A stretch of 64,000 bases of DNA from an uncultured bacterium (GTDB lineage Bacteria; Babelota; Babeliae; Babelales; Vermiphilaceae), in NCBI GenBank assembly GCA_963695335.1, contig OY968764.1, positions 480,001 through 544,000 on the forward strand, given 5' to 3'. The notes under the pieces are model-generated. The model did no database searches and was not told the origin of the DNA. It worked only from the letters and a program-made list of their open reading frames with translations. The position numbers were made by a program, and so were the translations under genes. Shown one piece after another: positions 41,260 through 50,371 of the stretch; position 1 is the first letter of the stretch, and the number at the start of each line of letters is the position of its first letter.

Positions 41260-42138
41260 TTATTCATTGTTATATGTAACAGGAAATCGTTTTTCTACAA
41301 AGGCTGTCATGCCTGTTTTTTGATCTTTACGAGCGAATGTAGCATTGAAAAGATTGCGTTCAATTTTTAAACCTGAAGAAAGAGGGGCTTCAAACGCTTG
41401 ATGTATCGCTTCGATAACATCCATGCAGGCAGGAAGAGAATATGATGCTATTTCATGTGCTATTTTTAATGCTTCTTCTTATAACATATCATCTGGCACA
41501 ATGTAGCTTACAAGTCCTGCTTTTTCAGCTTCTTGCGCGTCCATTTTTCGACCAGTTAAGCAATAATACATTGCTTTTCCTTTTCCTATAGAACGAGGTA
41601 AAAACTGAGTTCCTCCTCCTCCAGGGATGGTTGCTAATGTAATTTCGGGTTGAGAAAACTGAGCATTTTGGCTAGCAATAATAAAATTACAATGTTGAGC
41701 AAGTTCACATCCGCCACCTAAGGCTTGGCCTGCAACAGCAGCAAAAATTGGTTTGCGAAAATTACGTATTGTTTCCCATCCTGTTGAAAGGAAATTACGA
41801 TTATATGCATCCATATAATTTTTGTTGTGCATTTCTTTTATATTGGCTCCAGCAGAGAAAAATTTTTGAGAGCCTGTTAGAATCACGCAATGAATTTCTT
41901 TATCTTTTTCACATTGCTTTAAGATGAAATCTAAATTTTGCATAACGTCTTCGCTCAGCGCATTAACGGGAGGGTTATTGAGTTTGATCATGCCCACTTT
42001 ATTAATTTTATTGAAAAGGAGAAATTTATATTTTGTTGATGCGAGCATAGCTTTGATAGAAATGGTGGTTGATGCCAAATTTAATAGAGTTACAATGGTA
42101 ATGATATGTAATTTTGTAATCTTGGATAACATACTCAA
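41260..42138 (-). pseudogene. Enoyl-CoA hydratase with signal-peptide-like extension and a premature in-frame TAA at 41479
   Basis: FSAGANI, ALGGGCELA, QPEI and PGGGGTQ motifs; the frame continues past the stop to ...GMTAFVEKRFP. Confidence 0.85.
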
Positions 42139-42235
42139 GCTCCTTTATTTTGATTTTTTTTGATCGATGATAGTGTAGCAGAAGGGGAAGGGGATTGTTA
42201 TATGAAAAACTTGATTGGTTCGCAATTTTGCTGCG

Positions 42236-42393
42236 AATTTCTATTGTGAAATATTATAAAATTATAAGAATGTTTATAAAACCATTGTTTTTTACCCCCC
42301 CCATCTGATATTGTTATAATTGAAATAAATATTGTTAGTTTTCAAAAAAGGGGTGTTTTTATGAAGAAGTTATGTTTATTGTCGGGGATGATG
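42236..42393 (+). repeat. Promoter-signal peptide cassette, copy 3 (C8 tract)
   Basis: Aligns with 20120-20280; poly-C at 42295-42302. Confidence 0.85.
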
Positions 42394-42867
42394 GCATTTA
42401 GCTTGGTTGTTAACGCGGATATTACTAATAATCAAGGAAATCTCAAAACCCCAGGGAATATTACAGAAGAAGAACGTCAGAAAATAGAACAAGTTCAATG
42501 GGGTAAAATTACACGTCAAGAAGAACTTGCTCGTCCAGCAACTTATAAAATGCTTGATTCGTTAATTAGGCCGCTATCTGTATCAGGCCTCAGAGAAGAA
42601 GAGGTGGTTGACTGGACAACTGTTTTTGCAATTCTTGATTCAATGCGAGGAGTTATTGATGTTAACGAATACTGTACTCCGCTTCGCAATACATTGCTTG
42701 GATTGGCAGCAGAAGAGGAAAATATACCAGTGATAAGGATATTATGTGAAAAATATAATGCCAATCCTTATCGAGCATGTTATCAGGGAGCTCCATCTCC
42801 ATTAGATCAAAAGGTACCCAATGCTAGAGTGCGTGATGTGTTACGTTACTATGCTAGGAATTTTTAA
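42361..42867 (+). CDS. Secreted ankyrin-like protein, paralog of 20246..20824
   Basis: MKKLCLLSGMM, EQVQWGKI, LARPATYKMLD, GVIDVNEY and EKYNANP are shared. Confidence 0.85.
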   Translation: MKKLCLLSGMMAFSLVVNADITNNQGNLKTPGNITEEERQKIEQVQWGKITRQEELARPATYKMLDSLIRPLSVSGLREEEVVDWTTVFAILDSMRGVIDVNEYCTPLRNTLLGLAAEEENIPVIRILCEKYNANPYRACYQGAPSPLDQKVPNARVRDVLRYYARNF

Positions 42868-42957
42868 ATAAAAAAGATTTTGGTAAATATATAAGAAGAG
42901 TTGTTTTTTTAACAAGATGTAGTTTGAAAAAAAATTAAGATAAAGTATTGTTAGTAG

Positions 42958-42996
42958 GATCCCTTTTTATGGTAATTCATAAAGAGGGATCTTTTT
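42958..42996. terminator. Repeated stem-loop copy 4
   Basis: GATCCCTTTTTATGGTAATTCATAAAGAGGGATC plus T-tail; its upstream 45 bp are shared with copy 1. Confidence 0.75.
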
Positions 42997-43000
42997 GTTT

Positions 43001-43177
43001 TTAAACTAATGCTTTGATAATTTTTAAAATCTTAAACTTTTTTAAAATTTTGTAGAGTATGATGATAATTCTTTGGAGAAGAATCAAAAGTTCCCAGAAA
43101 TCTATTTTTGTATCTTGTTGATTATGTTTATCATTTTCGCAGCATGATATGTTGAATTCACGTGTAGAATGTACCAT
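43001..43177 (-). CDS. Possible 58-aa small protein with a basic hydrophobic C-terminus
   Basis: Hand-read ORF MVHSTREF...KIIKALV with AGGA RBS, ending just before the stem-loop. Confidence 0.3.
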   Translation of the reverse strand: MVHSTREFNISCCENDKHNQQDTKIDFWELLILLQRIIIILYKILKKFKILKIIKALV

Positions 43178-43438
43178 TGTTTTCCTATTTCAAAAAGTGG
43201 TTAGTTGAATAAAAGAAAGTAATTACCATCGATGTTTTTATGTACGCACTGTTTATGTTTCCTTATCTTTTTGATTGTATTAATTTTACTATTATTATTT
43301 CTTCTGTTTCTACAAACTGTTTTCTGGTATCATAGCAAATTATTATCAACTGTAAAGAAGAGGTTTTGTTATATAAAGTAAAAATAATTTTTTTGATTTG
43401 TTACACTAATGTAATATTCATTTTTTTTAAGGAGCATC

Positions 43439-43669
43439 ATGGCTGCAGTTAATTATAATCATATCGTTGGTTTATTTTGTATCATTATTGGTATTGTGGT
43501 AATAGCGGTTGCACTGGGAGATTTATTGGTTCGTGTTTTGGTTGCGCTTGCAGCGTTATCGTTAATTAATTACGGGTTACGTTTGCGTGGGTTGCCACCA
43601 TTACAGTTGTTATTACCATTGCTTGCAAGTCGTAGTGGTAGAGGACGTTGGTTTAATCAGTGGAGATAA
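43439..43669 (+). CDS. Small membrane protein
   Basis: AAGGAG RBS; two hydrophobic helices. Confidence 0.7.
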   Translation: MAAVNYNHIVGLFCIIIGIVVIAVALGDLLVRVLVALAALSLINYGLRLRGLPPLQLLLPLLASRSGRGRWFNQWR

Positions 43670-43673
43670 ATAC

Positions 43674-44459
43674 ATGAGTGATATCATTGTTTTGTACGCA
43701 GGGCATTGCCTGCGTATTTTTATATTGTTGATTGGTGGGATACCTTGTGTTTTTTGGATGAGTAAAATATTGGCTGCATTGTGTGCTAAACACTTTTCTC
43801 AACATGCTGGTGTTTTGGTTGGTAGAGTTATTTTTTATGGTGGGTTGTTGTTGGTGTTCGTAACGCTATTGCAAGAATTAGGTTTTAATGTTGTTGCATT
43901 GCTGGGAGCTGCAGGGGTTCTTGGTGTTGCGATAGGTTTTGCATCGCAGACAGCCGTTTCTAATATTATTAGCGGCTTTTTTTTATTGCTTGAACGTCCA
44001 TTTTCTGTTGGTGACATTATCAAATGTGGTGATGTGTATGGATATGTTGAATCAATAGATTTACTTTCTGTGCATGTGCGTACATCCGATAATAAATTGG
44101 TGCGTTTACCCAATGAGATTGCGCTTAAACAATCACTCAGTAATCTCACCTATTATCCAATAAAAAGAATAGATTGTATTGTATCAATGCCATACAGTGT
44201 TGATGTTGAAGATGCAAAAAAGCAGATACAAACTGTTGTTGCGCATAATGCTTTATTTTTAAAAGATCCTGCAGCGGTTGTGATGGTGAATAAATTAGCA
44301 ATGCATGATTTTGATACTGAGATTAAAATCTTTTTGATGGTACGTGTATGGGTTGCAACGGAAAATTTTTTATCAGCACCAGCTGTTCTGATGCAGCAAT
44401 TAAAAAATCAATTTGATACAGAGGATGTTGTTATAACAGTTGTACAAAGTAATAATTAG
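43674..44459 (+). CDS. Small-conductance mechanosensitive channel (MscS family)
   Basis: LLGAAGVLGVAIGFASQ..VSN.ISG..LL.ERPF.VGD motif. Confidence 0.92.
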   Translation: MSDIIVLYAGHCLRIFILLIGGIPCVFWMSKILAALCAKHFSQHAGVLVGRVIFYGGLLLVFVTLLQELGFNVVALLGAAGVLGVAIGFASQTAVSNIISGFFLLLERPFSVGDIIKCGDVYGYVESIDLLSVHVRTSDNKLVRLPNEIALKQSLSNLTYYPIKRIDCIVSMPYSVDVEDAKKQIQTVVAHNALFLKDPAAVVMVNKLAMHDFDTEIKIFLMVRVWVATENFLSAPAVLMQQLKNQFDTEDVVITVVQSNN

Positions 44460-44547
44460 CTATAGCCAATGTATTGCAATTTTTTTATGCAATGTGTTTG
44501 AATACTATTCATATTACTATTTTATCCCAAAAACAGGAGTGATGACA

Positions 44548-45281
44548 ATGGCAGAAAAAAAAGTCATGTATTAGAAGCGGTTGGTTTTGCTTTTAAAGAA
44601 TTGATTGAACATGTGCGTCTTTTTGTGATGGTACTTTTATCTGGAATGGTAAGTATTCTCATAGTTGGTGGGTTACTTGCATTACTCAACAAAAGTTTTA
44701 TTCAAGCTCTTTTTTCTTCACAAGCATTGCAAGACTATCAAGCATGTGTTGGTTATGAGTGTGCAGCAGTTGCATACAAATCAGGTGCAACTTTGATGAG
44801 TATGGTATCGGCTAATCTGTTTTCAGTACTTATTTCAGCAGTAGTGATTATGCTTTTTTTTGTTGGTCTTGATTTAGGATTCAAAAAAATTGCACTTAAT
44901 ATCCACGATCGTCATGAAAGTTCTGTAAAAGATCTTTTTGCTTCTTTCAGCTTAGCACCTAAAGCACTTGTTGGGTGGGTATTATACGCATTAATGGTAT
45001 GGATTGGTTGGATCTTTTTTGTATTACCAGGATTTATTGCATTATTACGTTTTGCATTTTTCCCTTATTTTATAGTTGATAAACATGCTGGTCCTATTCA
45101 TGCACTCAAAATGAGTTGGGCAATGACCAAAGATCATGTATGGGATATATTTGCACTTTGGGTAGTCATTAAAATTATAGCATATCTTGGCTTTGCAAGT
45201 GGTATTGGTATTGCTCTTATTTGGCCAATATCAACACTTGCGTATGCATCATATTATCGTCAGTTTGTTGCAAAAAAATAA
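44548..45281 (+). CDS. Multi-pass membrane protein (DUF975-like) with an apparent frameshift in an A8 run near the start
   Basis: FVLPG...RF.F.PYFIVD...A.K.SW..TK pattern; RBS and ATG at 44548 are one base out of frame with ORF 44601..45281. Confidence 0.7.
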
Positions 45282-45287
45282 TTTTTT

Positions 45288-47246
45288 TTACAGACGTCGC
45301 CTGAATTTTTTTTCAATTTCATGCAATGATAACAGCCATCCGGTTGGCCTTCCATGTGGGCAGGAAAATCGGTTGGCTGTTTTTTCTAGATCACGTAACA
45401 GTTGTTCCATTTTTTCTTGTGTGAGCGTATCACCTGCTTTGACTGCAGCTTTGCATGCCATTTGTGCTTGTAGTTTATTGTTCACCATTTTTTTGAGTTC
45501 TTGTTGATCAAGCGTGCTGCTCTCTGTAATCCATACAACTGCTGTTTTAATAATATCATCAAGTGATTGATCTTTAAGATGCACCGGGAGTGATTCTATT
45601 TTTAATTGATTACTTGCGCACTGTTCAATAATAATGCCGTTATCAGTAAAAATATCCAAATGTGGTGTTATGATTGCAATATCTTGTGGTGATAATGTGA
45701 TGATATGAGGGAACAGTAATTGCACCGTTGCAACTTCTGTAAAACGTTGTGAAAACAGTTCGTATAAAATACGTTCGTGTGCTGCGTGTTGATCTACTAA
45801 AAAAAGGCCATCTTCTTTTTCTACAAGAATGTATGTTGTGTTGTATTGGCCGATGAGGCGGTAGGCGGTTGTTGGTTTTGGGGTGGTTGTGCTATACAAA
45901 GAAGTATTAATTTCATTTATTTCGAGCGCTCGAAGATATCCTTTTGCCCCAATTTCCACTCCGTTCCAATCGGGATCCCCATCGGAAGGAACTGAAGATG
46001 GGGTTAAACGAGCGCGGGAAGTTGCAGATGAAGATGGATGTAAAATATTTTCTTTTTCGTTCATATGGTTCGACAAGCTCACCACGAACGGTAGAGAATT
46101 TTCTACAGCATTAAGCATTTCATTAGATGTATTTAGTCCGTTCGCATTGAGCCTGTCGAAATGAGCGAACGGTGTATCAAAATCAAAAGACCTTAATTCT
46201 TGTGGCCTTGCAGAATACTGCTCAGCAGATTTAAATGTAATATCCCTTTTGAGGTGCTGAGATAAATTCTGTTCAAGTGTATTTTTAACAGCTTGTTGCA
46301 ACGCTTGCTCAATGCGCCGCGGGTGCAAAAATTTTACTTCTTCTTTGCGTGGATGAATATTAATATCAACTTCATGGGGTGCAACTGTAATATGAATCAC
46401 TGCAGCAGGATAGCGGCCAGCAGGAATAACATTTGCATATCCTTTAACAAATGCATTACTCAGATGTTGATTTTTAACCCAACGTTTATTAACAAACAAG
46501 TAAATACTACTTCTATCATAGCGATAATATTGATGATCAGAGATGATACCTGAGATTGTAAAATCTTTTTCTGTTGTATGCAGTTCTAAAAGATGGGTGT
46601 TTGCTTCCCAAATTTGGAGAGTGCGATTTTTCAAATCGTTTGTTATAGGAAAATTAAAAACTTGTTTACCCTCAGAAAACAGTAAAAAATGAATGTGAGG
46701 ATAATCAAAACAAAATGCATTAAACAGCAATTGAATTGCGCGCCATTCCGTTTGTGTTGTTTTTAAAAATTTTTTACGTGCAGGAACATTATAAAATAAA
46801 TTATTAATACTCAAATCAGTTCCGGTTGCACATGCAACAGAAGTTGTTTCTATAATGTTGCCGGCATCAACAACAACTTTGGTCCCTTCAAGAGATTGTT
46901 CTTCTTTGGTGATGAGTATTATCTGGCTCACGGATGCAATACTTGCAAGTGCTTCTCCGCGAAAACCAAATGTATCAATTGTTTCCAATTGACTTACGTG
47001 CGTAATTTTACTTGTTGCATGACGATCAAAACAGAGTTGTGCATCAATTGTATCCATGCCGCAGCCGTTATCAACAATACGAATTAATTGTTTGCCGGCA
47101 TCTTCAACGTATATTGCTATGCGCGTTGCTCCAGCATCAATCGCATTTTCAACCAATTCTTTAATAATATTTGCAGGACGTTCAACTACCTCTCCGGCTG
47201 CAATTTTCTGTGCTTCATGTGGTGGGAGTTGTTTGATTTTTGCCAT
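45288..47246 (-). CDS. mutL: DNA mismatch repair protein MutL
   Basis: IAAGEVVERP, ELVENAIDAGA, FGFRGEAL, DQHAAHER, ACK and CPHGRP motifs. Confidence 0.97.
   Translation of the reverse strand: MAKIKQLPPHEAQKIAAGEVVERPANIIKELVENAIDAGATRIAIYVEDAGKQLIRIVDNGCGMDTIDAQLCFDRHATSKITHVSQLETIDTFGFRGEALASIASVSQIILITKEEQSLEGTKVVVDAGNIIETTSVACATGTDLSINNLFYNVPARKKFLKTTQTEWRAIQLLFNAFCFDYPHIHFLLFSEGKQVFNFPITNDLKNRTLQIWEANTHLLELHTTEKDFTISGIISDHQYYRYDRSSIYLFVNKRWVKNQHLSNAFVKGYANVIPAGRYPAAVIHITVAPHEVDINIHPRKEEVKFLHPRRIEQALQQAVKNTLEQNLSQHLKRDITFKSAEQYSARPQELRSFDFDTPFAHFDRLNANGLNTSNEMLNAVENSLPFVVSLSNHMNEKENILHPSSSATSRARLTPSSVPSDGDPDWNGVEIGAKGYLRALEINEINTSLYSTTTPKPTTAYRLIGQYNTTYILVEKEDGLFLVDQHAAHERILYELFSQRFTEVATVQLLFPHIITLSPQDIAIITPHLDIFTDNGIIIEQCASNQLKIESLPVHLKDQSLDDIIKTAVVWITESSTLDQQELKKMVNNKLQAQMACKAAVKAGDTLTQEKMEQLLRDLEKTANRFSCPHGRPTGWLLSLHEIEKKFRRRL
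45924..46172. repeat. Palindromic elements translated in frame within the MutL linker
   Basis: 46058-46091 and 46138-46172 match the intergenic pair at 7043-7133; 45924-46017 matches the intergenic element at 61731-61810. Confidence 0.88.
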
Positions 47247-47371
47247 GGTAGTAGAATTTTTTTCTAAAAATAAGTAATTAAATAACTGTTTTTTCAGTAT
47301 ATCATGTATTGCCAAGAACAGTACAAAATAAAAATATCCTCTGATGCAAAATTGTTTCAGAGGATATTGAA

Positions 47372-48259
47372 CTATTTTTTATCATTTTGTGCAAAAACAA
47401 GTGCTTTGCAATATGTACCGAGTGCTAACATTGTGCCTCCTGGATGTAAACAGATTGAGGAAAGAGGTTTTTTCTTATAGAAGCGGTCTACGCCATTGAA
47501 TTGATCTATAGTAACAGGGATTTTTGTGTCAGTTATTTTTTTGCTATATTCGTTATAGATCTGAATTGTGTCTCCTGGTGTTTCTACAGTTACAATTTCA
47601 TTGTTATCATTGATCACAACAGATGAAATATAACGATTATCGCGCTTAAAGCAGAAACGTTTTACTTTTTCTTTTGTTCTCATATCAAATAGGCGCACTT
47701 TATTGAGAGAAGCGGTAATTATTGTTGTATCATGTGTATTAAAACATACTGAGATAGGTTGATCTTGGTGGTGAATGCTGAAAAGTCTTTTGTCTTCAAC
47801 GAGATCAAATAAACGTACTGTATGGTCTGCTGCTACAGCTAATTTATTGCCATAACGATTAAATTTAACAGCAGATACTATATCTTTATTTTCAAAAGAA
47901 CATGTTTCATTTGGGACAAATTCAGAAAATTTTATGTTGTTTGGTTTAGCAACATTGGTGACACGTGCCATTGTGTCATCAGATCCAGTAGCAACCAGAT
48001 TGTGATGCATGGAAATTGCTCGAGTGATTTGATTATGATTATCAAAAGATTGGGATTCTTTATGTGTGTCGAATTTAAACAGATGTGATTTAAAGTCGCC
48101 AGAAGTTGTAGCTAAGATATTACCATTGTCTAACAGATCGACGGCACGAACTTGACCTACTTGCTCGAACGTTCTTATAATCTCCCATTCATTTTTTTCC
48201 ATGCAATTGAGTGATGCGGCAGCAACAAGAGGGAACAATAATATACGCATGTGGTTCAT
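47372..48259 (-). CDS. Secreted WD40-repeat protein
   Basis: VATGSDDTMARV, AVKFN..G..LA....HTVRLFD and KVRLFDMR repeats; signal peptide. Confidence 0.85.
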   Translation of the reverse strand: MNHMRILLFPLVAAASLNCMEKNEWEIIRTFEQVGQVRAVDLLDNGNILATTSGDFKSHLFKFDTHKESQSFDNHNQITRAISMHHNLVATGSDDTMARVTNVAKPNNIKFSEFVPNETCSFENKDIVSAVKFNRYGNKLAVAADHTVRLFDLVEDKRLFSIHHQDQPISVCFNTHDTTIITASLNKVRLFDMRTKEKVKRFCFKRDNRYISSVVINDNNEIVTVETPGDTIQIYNEYSKKITDTKIPVTIDQFNGVDRFYKKKPLSSICLHPGGTMLALGTYCKALVFAQNDKK

Positions 48260-48339
48260 GAGAATCCTTTTTTATGAAATAGATTTTTTAAGATCTCATA
48301 TTGTGTAGCATATATTGCTGTAATAAACAACAGGATAGC

Positions 48340-48819
48340 TTACTTTTTCACCGGGCAACTGGCGTTTAGTTTTATTGTGATGAATTTATCTTTTGGACAT
48401 GGCTGTTCTTTTGATGATCTACGAACTCTTGCTTGTTCAAAGTTTTGATTTGACTGAGCAAAGTCTTGAGCAAGTTGTTTCTTTACAGGACGTTGGATAT
48501 GTGCTTGCTGAGCCAGTGCAGCTTCAAGTTTTGCCATATTTTCTTGTTCTTGTTTTATTTCTATTGCTTTATACCGAGCACTTACTTCCCTGTCGTATTT
48601 TTCCCATGCTTCTGGGTTTGCTTTTCTTGCCTCTGCTTCGTGCCGAGCAGCTGTTTGTTCTCTTGTTTCTTTGTTTTTTTTTATAGTTCTTTCTTCTTGA
48701 TACATTGCTTTAAGTTCATGTGGATAATGATATAATTCTCGACCAAATCCAAACATACCAAACGCATTGCAAGAAACAGTGAGTATACTTGTATAAAAAA
48801 TATATTTCATGATATTCAT
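48340..48819 (-). CDS. Hypothetical secreted protein
   Basis: Signal peptide ending AFG then Met; charged helical body. Confidence 0.6.
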   Translation of the reverse strand: MNIMKYIFYTSILTVSCNAFGMFGFGRELYHYPHELKAMYQEERTIKKNKETREQTAARHEAEARKANPEAWEKYDREVSARYKAIEIKQEQENMAKLEAALAQQAHIQRPVKKQLAQDFAQSNQNFEQARVRRSSKEQPCPKDKFITIKLNASCPVKK

Positions 48820-48976
48820 ATAAATTGCCTTTTCTAAAAAAATGTAGCCTTGTGATAACAATTTACTACAAACTGAAATGGTTGGCAAATATATAGTATT
48901 CATTTGAAAGGAATTTCAGATAGGTTAAGCTGATACAAGAAAAATAAGATTTTTTATTCATTGAATATGAGAAGAT

Positions 48977-50371
48977 ATGAAAAATGTAACCATTATTCTT
49001 TTTGGTGCAACGGGAGATCTGAGTAAGCGTAAGATTTTACCAGCGTTGTACCAATTGTTTGTTAAAAATAAGTTAGAAAAGGTGATTATTGTAGGAGCTG
49101 CTTTTGATGATGTAACTTCTGATCAGATGATTGATGCAGCAAAACCATTTGTTCAAGATAAAGATGAAACAATTTGGAGTGGGTTGCGCGCGATAAGTTA
49201 TTATAAAAAAATTGATTTTACCAAACCAGCTGATTTTGAATCATTGCGTGCTTTTGTTCAAGAATGTGAACTAAAGCATAAAATGGTGCCAAGTCGTCTT
49301 TTTTACGCAGCAACAGCGGCTGATTTTTTTTGTCCTATTACGCATAACAGTGCTGAAGTTGGTTTGTTGCAGAGAAAGAATACGCATGATCAAGTTTGGC
49401 ATAGAATTGTGTATGAAAAACCATTTGGCCATGATCTGCAGTCAGCGCACACAATTAATGAATGTATTAAAAACTGTATAGATGAATCACAAGTCTATCG
49501 TATTGATCATTATCTGACTAAAGAAGTTGTCAGCAATATTGCCATGATCCGTTTCACCAACTGTGTACTGGAGCCACTGTGGTCAAACAGATACATTGAT
49601 CAAGTACAAATTGTTTTGAGTGAAAGTGTGGGGCTTGAAGGGCGTGGTATCTATTATGATGCGTATGGTGCATTGCGTGATGTGGTTCAAAATCACATGC
49701 TTGAGCTGCTTGCATTAATATGTATGGAATCTCCAGAAAAACTGACCGGAGATTATATTCGTGCAGAGCGTGTAAAAGTGTTAGAAAAAGTAAAATTTAT
49801 TGATGGTATTTTAGGACAATATGATGGTTACACAGATGAACCACATGTTAAAAAAGATTCACATACTGATACCTATGCATCATTAAAACTTGCGATTGAT
49901 ACACCACGTTGGGTTGGTGTTCCTTTCTATTTAAAAACTGGTAAATGTCTGGATAAAAAAGAAACTATTATTCATATTAAATTTAAACAAGTTGATTGTT
50001 TATTAATGCGTGGATGCCCAACAGATTCCAATTGGTTGACCATACAAATAGCTCCTGAAGCAACCTTTGTATTAACATTGAATGTTAAAAAACCTAATAC
50101 CGCTGATACAATGATGCCGGTGGGTATGGAGTTTTGCCATTCATGTCTTTTTGGAGTGCAAACGCCAGAAGCATATGAGGTATTGCTTGATGAAGTTGCA
50201 CGCGGCGAACAATCAATTTCTGTACGATTTGATGAGATTGAACATGCATGGAAACTCATTGACGTTATCGAACAGCAAAAATTACCGCTGTTTACCTATG
50301 AAAAGAAATCAAAAGGTCCGCAAGAAGAACAACAGTTTACACAAAAGCATGGAATGAGGTGGAGATCATGA
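48977..50371 (+). CDS. zwf: Glucose-6-phosphate 1-dehydrogenase
   Basis: GATGDL..RK..PALY, EKPFG.DL, YRIDHYL.KE and RDVVQNH motifs. Confidence 0.96.
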   Translation: MKNVTIILFGATGDLSKRKILPALYQLFVKNKLEKVIIVGAAFDDVTSDQMIDAAKPFVQDKDETIWSGLRAISYYKKIDFTKPADFESLRAFVQECELKHKMVPSRLFYAATAADFFCPITHNSAEVGLLQRKNTHDQVWHRIVYEKPFGHDLQSAHTINECIKNCIDESQVYRIDHYLTKEVVSNIAMIRFTNCVLEPLWSNRYIDQVQIVLSESVGLEGRGIYYDAYGALRDVVQNHMLELLALICMESPEKLTGDYIRAERVKVLEKVKFIDGILGQYDGYTDEPHVKKDSHTDTYASLKLAIDTPRWVGVPFYLKTGKCLDKKETIIHIKFKQVDCLLMRGCPTDSNWLTIQIAPEATFVLTLNVKKPNTADTMMPVGMEFCHSCLFGVQTPEAYEVLLDEVARGEQSISVRFDEIEHAWKLIDVIEQQKLPLFTYEKKSKGPQEEQQFTQKHGMRWRS

